Shown in pieces: positions 1 to 7,982 of a stretch of 25,552 bases of DNA. Both the position numbers and the translations under genes were made by a program. Below the pieces are notes generated by a model, which had not been told where the DNA came from, ran no database searches, and saw only the letters and a program-made list of their open reading frames with translations. Position 1 is the first letter of the stretch. Each line of letters begins with the position of its first letter. The DNA is from a virus (Duplodnaviria > Caudoviricetes): positions 1 to 25,552 of the IMG/VR virus record IMGVR_UViG_3300020045_000602. One strand, 5' to 3'.

Positions 1-34
1 TATTAGAAACCTCGTATAAGATAGTAATTGACAT

Positions 35-643
35 TTGCGTGAAGATGGATTGTTACTTCATGGGCAGACCGCTTACGAAGTAGCAGAAGCATTCATTCAA
101 GCCCTATCCACCCCGATAGATAATGAGCCGCAACCGATAATGTATAAACTTTCGGAAGCTGAACATGACATTCTAAAAAACGCGCAATTAGGTTCGGTAA
201 CTGTACTGCACCCCACTCCACCAACAACCGAGCTTACCGATGATGCGATATGCCAAATTGGGATAGATACCTGTCATTCAGTTAATAAGATTGGCTGTGT
301 TTTTGATTCCGCTGGCTTGGTAGCCTTCGCCAAAGCCCTGCTATCCCGCAAGAGTGAGAGTGAGGCTGTTGCTTACAGTGCTGATGATATAGATGAATTT
401 GAAAAGTTCTGGGCGAGCAAAGGCGGCTTAGACATGAGCAAGCGCGTAGCTTATGAAGTTTGGATTGGTAGCCATAAACGTTACGCTAAAGCTTCACCCC
501 AGCCATCCGATGAAGTGGCGAATATTAAATCTGTTATGCATGATTTAGCTGGACAAATTGAACGTTATCAAGATAAGTGCGGACAGTGGTCAGATTTTGA
601 CTTGAGCCAGTATGAAGCACTCGGACAAGTGAAAGGGAAATGA
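35..643 (+). CDS. Hypothetical phage early protein (start uncertain)
   Basis: 202-aa ORF with a TTG start and no clear SD. Its stop overlaps the next ATG (ATGA). Confidence 0.65.
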   Translation: MREDGLLLHGQTAYEVAEAFIQALSTPIDNEPQPIMYKLSEAEHDILKNAQLGSVTVLHPTPPTTELTDDAICQIGIDTCHSVNKIGCVFDSAGLVAFAKALLSRKSESEAVAYSADDIDEFEKFWASKGGLDMSKRVAYEVWIGSHKRYAKASPQPSDEVANIKSVMHDLAGQIERYQDKCGQWSDFDLSQYEALGQVKGK

Positions 644-984
644 TGAACATCGAAGATATTAAGCCAGATGAATTGGTAACTATGGATGAAGTGCTACATA
701 AAATATTTAATGCTGGCGGCTGCAATCCTACATGCCACTGTTGCTATAACAGAATAGCAGTTGGCGAACGCTTTAAGTTGGCTCATGTAAATATGAATCG
801 GATAAAAGAAACAGATGGATGCCGCTATAGACCATTTAGAAGCGATGAGCCTCACGAAGTAATGCTATGCGGGAATATTGAATGCACCCCGCAGAAGATG
901 GTAAAGAAAGCTAAAGAATCAACAGAGAGACACCGTAGAGCTGGCGGCGGGTGCTCAATAATTAAGGGAAAAATCGTACCATGA
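640..984 (+). CDS. Cys-rich putative zinc-binding phage protein
   Basis: CNPTCHCC and CGNIEC motifs. ATGA overlaps on both sides. Confidence 0.7.
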   Translation: MMNIEDIKPDELVTMDEVLHKIFNAGGCNPTCHCCYNRIAVGERFKLAHVNMNRIKETDGCRYRPFRSDEPHEVMLCGNIECTPQKMVKKAKESTERHRRAGGGCSIIKGKIVP

Positions 985-1334
985 ATGACATCCGTGCGGA
1001 GTTTGAGAAGTGGCACAAGGAAAACTATTGCAACTATTCCTACGACACTTTTATGAACGGAGATTACCGACATCCAAAGGTTGATGAATCTTGGATAGCC
1101 TTCCAAGCAGGTGCAGCCCTTAATGCTGTGAGCGTGGGGGATGGGTATGTGTTAGTTCCGATTGAGCCTACAAAGGAAATGGCAATAGCGGGGGAGTTGG
1201 CTAGTGAGAAATCACATGATGAAACAACGGATAGCTATTCAACTTATTCTTTTTGGGATGATACCAAAGTTGCCTATGCTTGCTACAAAGCCATGATTAA
1301 CGCAGCCATTAAACCCAAAGGTGAGCCATCATGA
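981..1334 (+). CDS. Phage early accessory protein (Eaa/DUF551-neighbourhood type)
   Basis: Motifs RAEFEKW, WIAFQAG, GYVLVPIEPTKEM and YKAMINAA recur in lambdoid early hypothetical proteins. ATGA coupling. Confidence 0.75.
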   Translation: MNDIRAEFEKWHKENYCNYSYDTFMNGDYRHPKVDESWIAFQAGAALNAVSVGDGYVLVPIEPTKEMAIAGELASEKSHDETTDSYSTYSFWDDTKVAYACYKAMINAAIKPKGEPS

Positions 1335-1633
1335 CCATACAGCAACTATCAGTTCGCATAGGTGAGCTATACAACGTACAGCCATACGATTGTATCATTG
1401 ATACAGTTTGGCTAGTCTCTGACTGGAACAGGCTCATGCCTTTGGCAGTGGAGAATAAAGTATCCTGGCTATATTATAGTGCTGATGATGACATTGATAT
1501 TGGCATACTTGGCTTACATGATGACCTGCCATGCGACCAATGTCCGGCTGAATTGTATGCAGACCATAATGATGACCAAGCATTAACCGTAGCATTTGCT
1601 GTTGGATTGGTGCTGGTGGCGATTAAAGAGTAA
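1331..1633 (+). CDS. Hypothetical phage protein, possibly NinX/DUF2591-like
   Basis: DWNRLMPLAVENKVS resembles the NinX-like core. ATGA overlap with the upstream gene. Confidence 0.6.
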   Translation: MTIQQLSVRIGELYNVQPYDCIIDTVWLVSDWNRLMPLAVENKVSWLYYSADDDIDIGILGLHDDLPCDQCPAELYADHNDDQALTVAFAVGLVLVAIKE

Positions 1634-1634
1634 T

Positions 1635-1662
1635 TTGCATTTCCCACTCACATCGTTATAAT
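1635..1662 (+). promoter_or_regulatory. Sigma70-type promoter
   Basis: TTGCAT (1635-1640), 16-bp spacer, perfect TATAAT (1657-1662), directly after the stop of the last early gene. Confidence 0.7.
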
Positions 1663-1715
1663 GCCGCTATAGGGCGTAGGCATACGTCTAAGGGTTTAGC
1701 AATCGGAGGATTGTA

Positions 1716-1856
1716 ATGAGCATAGAATCTGCAATAAAAGATTGCATTGATTATCATAGAAAAATCACATATAGATTTATAGCTGCATTAATCTTTATAT
1801 TGTTTATATTTGAGATTGGATTATATCTAACAACTAGAATGCCTGCATTGGTCTGA
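1716..1856 (+). CDS. 46-aa single-pass membrane protein (not in ORF track)
   Basis: SD GGAGGA at 1705-1710, ATG 1716, TGA 1854-1856. MSIESAIKDCIDYHRKITYRFIAALIFILFIFEIGLYLTTRMPALV. Very AT-rich. Confidence 0.7.
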   Translation: MSIESAIKDCIDYHRKITYRFIAALIFILFIFEIGLYLTTRMPALV

Positions 1857-1878
1857 GCCGCCATCCCGAAAGGCTCTT

Positions 1879-1966
1879 ATTCATTAGAATCAAGACTATT
1901 GATTGCTGTTGGGCAGTGACGGCAAATCCTGTTCCTATCGGATTAGTAGTCTTGCTTGTGGCGAAT
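1879..1966 (+). ncRNA. Putative structured RNA (long stem capped by a three-way junction)
   Basis: CAAGACTATTGA (1891-1902) pairs with TTAGTAGTCTTG (1943-1954). Inner stems TTGCTGTT/GACGGCAA and TCC/GGA. G-U pairs favour the plus strand. Confidence 0.45.
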
Positions 1967-2025
1967 GCTTAAAGCCGCGGCCTCCCAAAGGGGTGCAGTA
2001 TGCGCGAGAATTAATAATGCAACTT

Positions 2026-2538
2026 CTATTCACCACAAACACACATCTTGCCAGTTAGCGATTCAACCTTATCAATTAAGGCATTGTGCTTGATACTGTT
2101 TTGCTTGCAGGTTTCGAAGTTTTCGGCTCCGTTGATAAGGACTTGTTTGACTGTAGCGGTGTCAGTGTCTCCGGCCTTGTCGTCAGACTTGGGTCTATCA
2201 CTATCTTTACCTGCCCCGATGATGGCTTGATTCCACAGGTGCAAGCTGTCAGCAGTAAAGCACACATTATCACTAGGAAGCGCATTTACTTTCTCCTTAA
2301 TAGTTCGATATACAATACGCTCTTTTACGCTGTCAGCATCGCGTCTTGAAACTATTGGGATGGTTTCTGATGTGAGTATATTGGTTAGGTTTAAATCATC
2401 CTTAACTTTTAGCATTTCAGAAGAAGTCCACACTAGGCGCTCATCATCCACACCATCGCTGTGCGCGTATATGTAGGTTCCAGCAATAGAGCTAACCCAT
2501 GCAAGGGTAATGCCTAGAAGTATCCACGGATTAAACAT
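2026..2538 (-). CDS. Rz: i-spanin (Rz-like)
   Basis: N-terminal TM helix and periplasmic Cys. Directly after the endolysin (TAATG overlap). Hosts an embedded lipoprotein ORF. Confidence 0.85.
   Translation of the reverse strand: MFNPWILLGITLAWVSSIAGTYIYAHSDGVDDERLVWTSSEMLKVKDDLNLTNILTSETIPIVSRRDADSVKERIVYRTIKEKVNALPSDNVCFTADSLHLWNQAIIGAGKDSDRPKSDDKAGDTDTATVKQVLINGAENFETCKQNSIKHNALIDKVESLTGKMCVCGE
2076..2285 (-). CDS. Rz1: o-spanin lipoprotein (Rz1-like), embedded out of frame in Rz
   Basis: Signal peptide MRFLVIMCALLLTAC with lipobox LTAC and a Pro/Ser/Thr-rich mature part. Confidence 0.82.
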   Translation of the reverse strand: MRFLVIMCALLLTACTCGIKPSSGQVKIVIDPSLTTRPETLTPLQSNKSLSTEPKTSKPASKTVSSTMP

Positions 2539-3092
2539 TATATGCCTAGCACCTTTTTAGCTTTCACAAGAATAGCGCGTCTGTCATCTATGCCGTTCTG
2601 CCCGCCGTTAATGCGCTTGGTGATTTTAGTGAGCAAGTCTTCATCTGCAAGTTCATTCAGTTTTCGACTGTTCCAGAACCATGCCGCTGATAGTGCTGCA
2701 TATTTAGGCGTTTCTAGCAGTGTCGGGGTTTTAATCAGGTCAATGCCCAATGCTTCGCCACATTTAAGATAGTTATAATAGCCCGTCACCTGAATCAATC
2801 CCCTCCCGCGAAAGTATCTACCAGGTGTTGACCTGACAAAAGCTGCTGCCTGAATAGCGGCCTTCTCGGTGTTGCCCAAGTCAGAACGCATATCATAAGC
2901 ATCACCAGAGGCTATCTCACGCACGTAAATAAGTCTGCCTGACTCGTGGCCTACCTGAGCAAGGAAATGTGCGATACGCAGTTTAGTATCAATGCCATAA
3001 GTATCCATTGCATCATTTAGCGGCTCAATGAACCTTGACGCTCTGGTTGATGGACATTCGTATATATCGCACAATTCCTCAAGGCTTATCAT
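2538..3092 (-). CDS. Endolysin, glycoside hydrolase family 19
   Basis: HFLAQVGHESG, RGRGLIQVTG..NY, SAAWFW and ITKRINGG motifs. Confidence 0.93.
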   Translation of the reverse strand: MISLEELCDIYECPSTRASRFIEPLNDAMDTYGIDTKLRIAHFLAQVGHESGRLIYVREIASGDAYDMRSDLGNTEKAAIQAAAFVRSTPGRYFRGRGLIQVTGYYNYLKCGEALGIDLIKTPTLLETPKYAALSAAWFWNSRKLNELADEDLLTKITKRINGGQNGIDDRRAILVKAKKVLGI

Positions 3093-3141
3093 GTTGTAGT
3101 CTCAGTGTGTTTGATGCTATGTCGTTGTTAGTACGTTTGGG

Positions 3142-5424
3142 CTATTTAGCCAACCCGTTAGCACGCTTCCATTCAACTATTGGCGCTTTCAATAAGTTCT
3201 CACATGCCCAAGGTGAAGGATGCAAAGCCGACCCGCTAAAGCTGCCCAAGTGGGCAATGCTTAATGCCACTCCTGAGCTTGCCGCTGTAGTTTGCCCAAA
3301 GCCAGAAGGGAAGCCAGTTAATGTAAAGCTTCCACCTCCATTGTCAGTCACGCCATCAATGGTGATTTCTTGTGTTGTGCCTGTAGGGTCAATCAGTAGA
3401 GATTCACCAATACGGGGCGCTACCCCTGCGGTCTGCGTCACTGAGAAGCTATAAGTGTTAACAGTAAGATTGGCGCTCAATGTCCCTGTGAATTGCCGTA
3501 CAGCTACTTTGTCTCGGTTTGCGTCAGTGTCGTAACTAACTGTCTTCCATACGCTGATGCTGTCATCTAGCAAATCTAAAGCTAGCAGTGGGGAATCGGT
3601 CACTTGCCATGTTGCGGATGGGTCATTGGTTGTGTTTAAGCAACCTTTAGCCGCATTAGTAAGCCACAATCTGCCAGCAGGATAGCGAGTATCAGCAGCA
3701 ATAGTTGCTTGATTCGCCAGTGACTGCCAGCCGTCTGTACTGGTGCATTTTGGTAACAGTCCAACGCCAATAATAGGCTTCTGCCATTCGTCTTTCATGA
3801 TGCCGAGCATTGTGACCATTGCTGTTGCGTAAGAAGTTGAAGCTGTAGCATTTGTGCCTGATTCTTCGAATACAATATCAAAAGGCCATACGCCGCCATT
3901 GACGTTGTAGATCATGCGCAATGTGTCTAAGCGAGGCTTCCAGTGATTTTTACTTTGATACTTGACTTGGCTAGTCCCCTTTTCAGCAAACACAGCAAAA
4001 GGCACACGCTTGGAAGTTACATTTTCATTCAGCCCACGTTCAATATAGCCTGCGCCATAAGCACTGTCGTAATAGGTAGGCACTTCATCATTTGAACCAA
4101 ACCCGATTGAATCGCCAGCAATAAGGCCAACCATGCGACCATCTGAGCCTTTAGCTACGCAGAAGAATGGAGTATGGATGCGTTTAATGTTGCCGTTCGT
4201 ATAAGTCATCCCTGAATGAACGGGTGCGCTTGATGTGCTTAACAGGTCTGTGCCATACATGGCGTTAAGACTTGCTAAACAACCAGCAGGCGTAGAGGTA
4301 CGATCGGATGTTCCTACGATGTACTCAACGTCCAATTTGGTCTGTGTTGGAACATATCCAGCAACTTGAAAGTCTTGTCCAGGCACTGCACTACCACCTG
4401 GGGCGGCATATAACAACTGAACTTCGACAGTAGTATTGGCAGGAATAGTCACACCAATAGCAGGTGTTAAGAATCCAGGATTGCGGAATATTGTTGCCTC
4501 AGTTGTACTTGATGTTAAAGACTGTGGCGTAGTAGTGGTAACGGATTGAGTTGAGTATGTATCTGCTGTAACTTGCCAATCAGAGCCATTAGCAATGACG
4601 CTAGTTATTACTGAATAAACCCGTGTGCTACCATCTTTAAACAATACAACATCACCAACAGCAGGGCGAGGCGTTACTGTGATAATAGCTGCACTTGAAG
4701 TCTGGCTGGCAGCAGCAGTTAACAATCCCTTCCCTATCGGACCGACCTTTGTACCACTTGTGAAGTCAAGGCCAACCGTAGGGTCTGTGCTGTCAGTAAT
4801 ACGATACCAAGTTCCAGCTACTTTAATAGCCAAGCCGTAATAAGTAAGCTGGCCTTCTGCATAGCGATCAACAGGAAATAGTGTGCCAGTACACGCAAAT
4901 GCGCCTAAGAAGAAGCGAGGGTCACTTACTGGATACTCAGGAGAGACGAATTTAGATTGATGCAAAGCATAGATATTAGTGCTTGAGTGTGAGCCGAATG
5001 ACTGAGATACTTTGTATCGACCTGATATGAATTTATATGAGCTTGTATCCACATCTGAGGAAAGCCATAGCCCGCTTGATCGGTTATAGCGGTATAGGAT
5101 GCCGTCTACGTCGTACATTGCAGATGTGTCTAGGCTACCAGATGCTTGAGCTGCGGAGAACGCCGCTAATGTAATTTGCTGCGGGAACAATGGGGTTGAT
5201 GATATTGATTCAGTAGCATCAATAACTCCAGATACATAACTAACCCTAAAATTAATATCAGATGCGTATGGGCCATAAATGGTAGTAGTTGTTGGATTTT
5301 CTGCTATCACTTCTCTAGTGCCAACTTTGCCGCATACAATCGCAGAGCCGCCAGTAATAGTTACAGTCAATACTTGGCCTTTTTCCAGCGTATCGAAGTA
5401 TGGCTTGTTTTTCGTCACTTCCAT
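3142..5424 (-). CDS. Large beta-rich protein with a C-terminal SGNH/GDSL hydrolase domain (putative spike/esterase)
   Basis: Block I AGDSIGFG, block III ESGTN and block V-like SALHPS. Thr/Ser/Gly-rich N-terminal part. Confidence 0.75.
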   Translation of the reverse strand: MEVTKNKPYFDTLEKGQVLTVTITGGSAIVCGKVGTREVIAENPTTTTIYGPYASDINFRVSYVSGVIDATESISSTPLFPQQITLAAFSAAQASGSLDTSAMYDVDGILYRYNRSSGLWLSSDVDTSSYKFISGRYKVSQSFGSHSSTNIYALHQSKFVSPEYPVSDPRFFLGAFACTGTLFPVDRYAEGQLTYYGLAIKVAGTWYRITDSTDPTVGLDFTSGTKVGPIGKGLLTAAASQTSSAAIITVTPRPAVGDVVLFKDGSTRVYSVITSVIANGSDWQVTADTYSTQSVTTTTPQSLTSSTTEATIFRNPGFLTPAIGVTIPANTTVEVQLLYAAPGGSAVPGQDFQVAGYVPTQTKLDVEYIVGTSDRTSTPAGCLASLNAMYGTDLLSTSSAPVHSGMTYTNGNIKRIHTPFFCVAKGSDGRMVGLIAGDSIGFGSNDEVPTYYDSAYGAGYIERGLNENVTSKRVPFAVFAEKGTSQVKYQSKNHWKPRLDTLRMIYNVNGGVWPFDIVFEESGTNATASTSYATAMVTMLGIMKDEWQKPIIGVGLLPKCTSTDGWQSLANQATIAADTRYPAGRLWLTNAAKGCLNTTNDPSATWQVTDSPLLALDLLDDSISVWKTVSYDTDANRDKVAVRQFTGTLSANLTVNTYSFSVTQTAGVAPRIGESLLIDPTGTTQEITIDGVTDNGGGSFTLTGFPSGFGQTTAASSGVALSIAHLGSFSGSALHPSPWACENLLKAPIVEWKRANGLAK

Positions 5425-5451
5425 GATGGTTCCAATCTATAAATGTTAATG

Positions 5452-5703
5452 TTACTTAGGGTCGCCTTGTGGCGGTTCGGTCTTGGCTTTAAATGCTACA
5501 GCAGCGCCAAATCCAGCCAGCAATGCTGCAAATCCAGTGCCATACTCAACTGGATTCCATACTTGGTTACGAAATACTGCAATCATTGAACACAATAAAA
5601 AAACATTGACAGCCATTGCGCCGTAAACACGGGCGGGGTCATAAGTCGTGCCATCAACTCCTGTCAGGCAGTCATGAATAACTTTTTGAATGATTTGAAT
5701 CAT
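5452..5703 (-). CDS. Small two-TM membrane protein, holin candidate
   Basis: 83 aa, two hydrophobic segments and a charged C-terminus, upstream of the endolysin. Confidence 0.65.
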   Translation of the reverse strand: MIQIIQKVIHDCLTGVDGTTYDPARVYGAMAVNVFLLCSMIAVFRNQVWNPVEYGTGFAALLAGFGAAVAFKAKTEPPQGDPK

Positions 5704-5975
5704 CTGCCTAACCTGTCCATCTTGTTATCAAGGCGTTCGATTGATTTTTTAATCTCACCGAGATTGTTGTTTATTTCAAGTTGTCTCTGCTGTGTGCTTG
5801 CATCCTGACTATCATCCCTGAGCTGCTGATAGCGTTTATTTTCTTCTAGCTGAACAACGCGCTTATCAACAAGCTGGAAAGCTGCCAAGCCTGTCAGCAA
5901 AAATCCGATGAACGTCAATATGTGTCCTAGATTAATACTAGCCTCGAATCTAATGCCACGCGCTTGCTCTGCCAT
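5700..5975 (-). CDS. Single-TM plus coiled-coil protein (holin/antiholin-like)
   Basis: TM segment INLGHILTFIGFLLTGLAAF then a helical tail (LGEIKKSIERLDNKMDRL). SD AAGGAG. Confidence 0.7.
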   Translation of the reverse strand: MAEQARGIRFEASINLGHILTFIGFLLTGLAAFQLVDKRVVQLEENKRYQQLRDDSQDASTQQRQLEINNNLGEIKKSIERLDNKMDRLGR

Positions 5976-5977
5976 TT

Positions 5978-6196
5978 CTACTGCTCCTTATTGTTGATGT
6001 TTTTAAGTTCGTCGTGTTTTAGCCATTCAAATAGCGTCACAAAAAGATCCTGCCTAGTTAATGCAAACCACCACAATCTAATCCGATTGATAATGTTGCT
6101 TGCATCTGCGGGATATTTGCTTGGTCTCACCCATTGGATAATAGTGAACACCCCTATAAGCGTAGGGAACCACATGCCTAGCCATAGCCACTGCAT
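5978..6196 (-). CDS. Small Trp-rich membrane protein
   Basis: Likely start ATG 6196 in a TGATG overlap (track starts two codons earlier). N-terminal hydrophobic helix. Confidence 0.65.
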   Translation of the reverse strand: MQWLWLGMWFPTLIGVFTIIQWVRPSKYPADASNIINRIRLWWFALTRQDLFVTLFEWLKHDELKNINNKEQ

Positions 6197-6480
6197 CAGC
6201 AATGGTCTTTCTCGAAATGATTGAGCAGCTTGCAGATTGCATTAGCCAGCCATCCACGATAGCCAGATGATGACTTGAGGCGCTTAACTCGCTTGGTGAG
6301 TAATGGCTCTTGGGGTAAGTCCCAAAATAGGACGGTGAACCATGTAATATTGACAGCAGCATCTATCACGACACCGACTAGCATTACAGGGTAATAAGCA
6401 AGGCTAGTCTGTGGCGTTTTGGTATAGAGGATGTAAACCAGCAGTAGAGTGATAGGGTTGAATAAAAGCATTAGTGACAT
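6196..6480 (-). CDS. Small membrane protein, 94 aa
   Basis: Start reassigned to ATG 6480 (TAATG overlap with the tail fiber stop). Two hydrophobic segments and a C-terminal AICKLLNHFEKDHC. Confidence 0.7.
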   Translation of the reverse strand: MSLMLLFNPITLLLVYILYTKTPQTSLAYYPVMLVGVVIDAAVNITWFTVLFWDLPQEPLLTKRVKRLKSSSGYRGWLANAICKLLNHFEKDHC

Positions 6481-7982
6481 TACCAGCCCCGCCTTGCCCA
6501 CAACCGATATGACCAACTTCCAGCGGTAAGCACAGCAACCGAGCCAGAAGCCTTTCCGTTTACAATAAAGGCCACATTGTTGCCAGTAGTTACTTGTGTA
6601 ACTAATCTTGTTGCGCTTGGAGTAAGTGGTGCTACATAACTTGCATTTGATTGGCAATAAGGGATTACTTCGTCACCTATAGCAAATCCTTGATTTGCTG
6701 TGTTGCATAAAACTGCAATGCCATATTCATCTGGTGCGATGCCTAAATTGTGGTTTCTTGATATGCTGGTAGCTGTGCCTGGAAGTGTCGCTGTGTATCC
6801 AGAATCATATCTACCCATCAAGGCATACCATATGATTGCAGAGACAACGCCAGCAGCCACCGTGACTTCACCAACAAATACGCGATAAGTCTGCGTAGCT
6901 ACTGAGCCGTTACCGACCTTGCCAGACATTTCCTGTATGTTGAAAGTGAACTTATTATTAGTAGTTACGTCAGCGCCACCCCAGCGATAACTAGGCTCTA
7001 AAGTTGTTGAGCCTGTAGTGACAGTGCCATTTGCATCAATATCAAGATAAAGATACATCGCCCCGTTAGTGGATAATCCTGTCCATGATGGATTGGCAAT
7101 TGAGCCAGTACGGTTAGTTGTGCCGTTCGCAGCGGTAACAATTAAAGTGCCTGATGCTGTAACGGTAGTTGAGCCAGTAGAGCCGCCAAAATTAGGCAGG
7201 CCAGAAGAATCTACGGGGCCAGATAAAACAGTTTGCTGCACAAGTGGCGTTTCATTCACTCGGTAGACATTTAAGCCATTAGCTTTGATTACTCGGCAAT
7301 AAGTCGTTGTGCCATCTGAGTAACATATAGCGCTATCGTTAGCTTCAATTGGAACATTGTTGCCAGAAGCGTTTAAGTTTAGATTTGTGACATGGTGAGT
7401 GAGTAACGGTGTTCCTGTAAAGATAATAAATCTTGTCATGCCTGCGCCAAGCGTCATAGCTGAAATGCCAGTGTTGCCAACCACTTTGACTGTATTGCCT
7501 GTTGCAGATGTGAGATTGATTGTAGAAGCGGCTGTAATGTCAGCGCCTAGAGCAAAGTTCTGTACGCCAGTAAATGAATTTGTGCCAAGAGTAGCGCCCG
7601 ATGCAGAAGCGCCAAGAGCAATTATCCAATCTGTATAAGTGCCTGAGCCGTTTACACTTGTCGCATTCATAATCAATGTAGTGCCGATGTATGAAGTGAC
7701 TGTGCCAGCCATGTTGTTAGTGCCGGAAGAAACCGAGCCAGCAGTAATTGCCATCCCTGCAACAAATCCCAATCCAGCGGCTACGGTAAATGATTTGCTA
7801 GCAATAGTGATTGAATTTGATGTGCTACTGGTTGTGGTAGTGGCTAGATTATAAGCAGTTCCAAGCGCATTTAATTCCTGCTGGAATGTAGGAAGCGCCG
7901 CCATAAAATTATCAGCTTTGATAATAAAGTTGGCAGGCGTATCGCTGCGCAGCGGAACGGGAGGCAGGGCTGAGATGGTCAT
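6480..7982 (-). CDS. Tail fiber / receptor-binding protein
   Basis: 500 aa, Thr/Gly/Ser-rich and modular. N-terminal ISALPPVPLRSDTPANF anchor-like segment. Follows the tail-tip gene. Confidence 0.75.
   Translation of the reverse strand: MTISALPPVPLRSDTPANFIIKADNFMAALPTFQQELNALGTAYNLATTTTSSTSNSITIASKSFTVAAGLGFVAGMAITAGSVSSGTNNMAGTVTSYIGTTLIMNATSVNGSGTYTDWIIALGASASGATLGTNSFTGVQNFALGADITAASTINLTSATGNTVKVVGNTGISAMTLGAGMTRFIIFTGTPLLTHHVTNLNLNASGNNVPIEANDSAICYSDGTTTYCRVIKANGLNVYRVNETPLVQQTVLSGPVDSSGLPNFGGSTGSTTVTASGTLIVTAANGTTNRTGSIANPSWTGLSTNGAMYLYLDIDANGTVTTGSTTLEPSYRWGGADVTTNNKFTFNIQEMSGKVGNGSVATQTYRVFVGEVTVAAGVVSAIIWYALMGRYDSGYTATLPGTATSISRNHNLGIAPDEYGIAVLCNTANQGFAIGDEVIPYCQSNASYVAPLTPSATRLVTQVTTGNNVAFIVNGKASGSVAVLTAGSWSYRLWARRGW

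Noticed and set aside
534-1106. Minus-strand ORFs 534..725 and 852..1106
   Set aside because: They lie opposite a translationally coupled plus-strand gene run.
1663-2010. tRNA gene in the junction region
   Set aside because: No T-loop GTTCRA, D-loop or acceptor stem geometry found.
6481-6657. N-terminal 59 aa of track ORF 6196..6657
   Set aside because: It overlaps the tail fiber C-terminus. The TAATG-coupled ATG at 6480 is the better start.
6480-6900. Diversity-generating retroelement or invertible tail fiber tip
   Set aside because: No reverse transcriptase, invertase, template repeat or second fiber end seen by eye.
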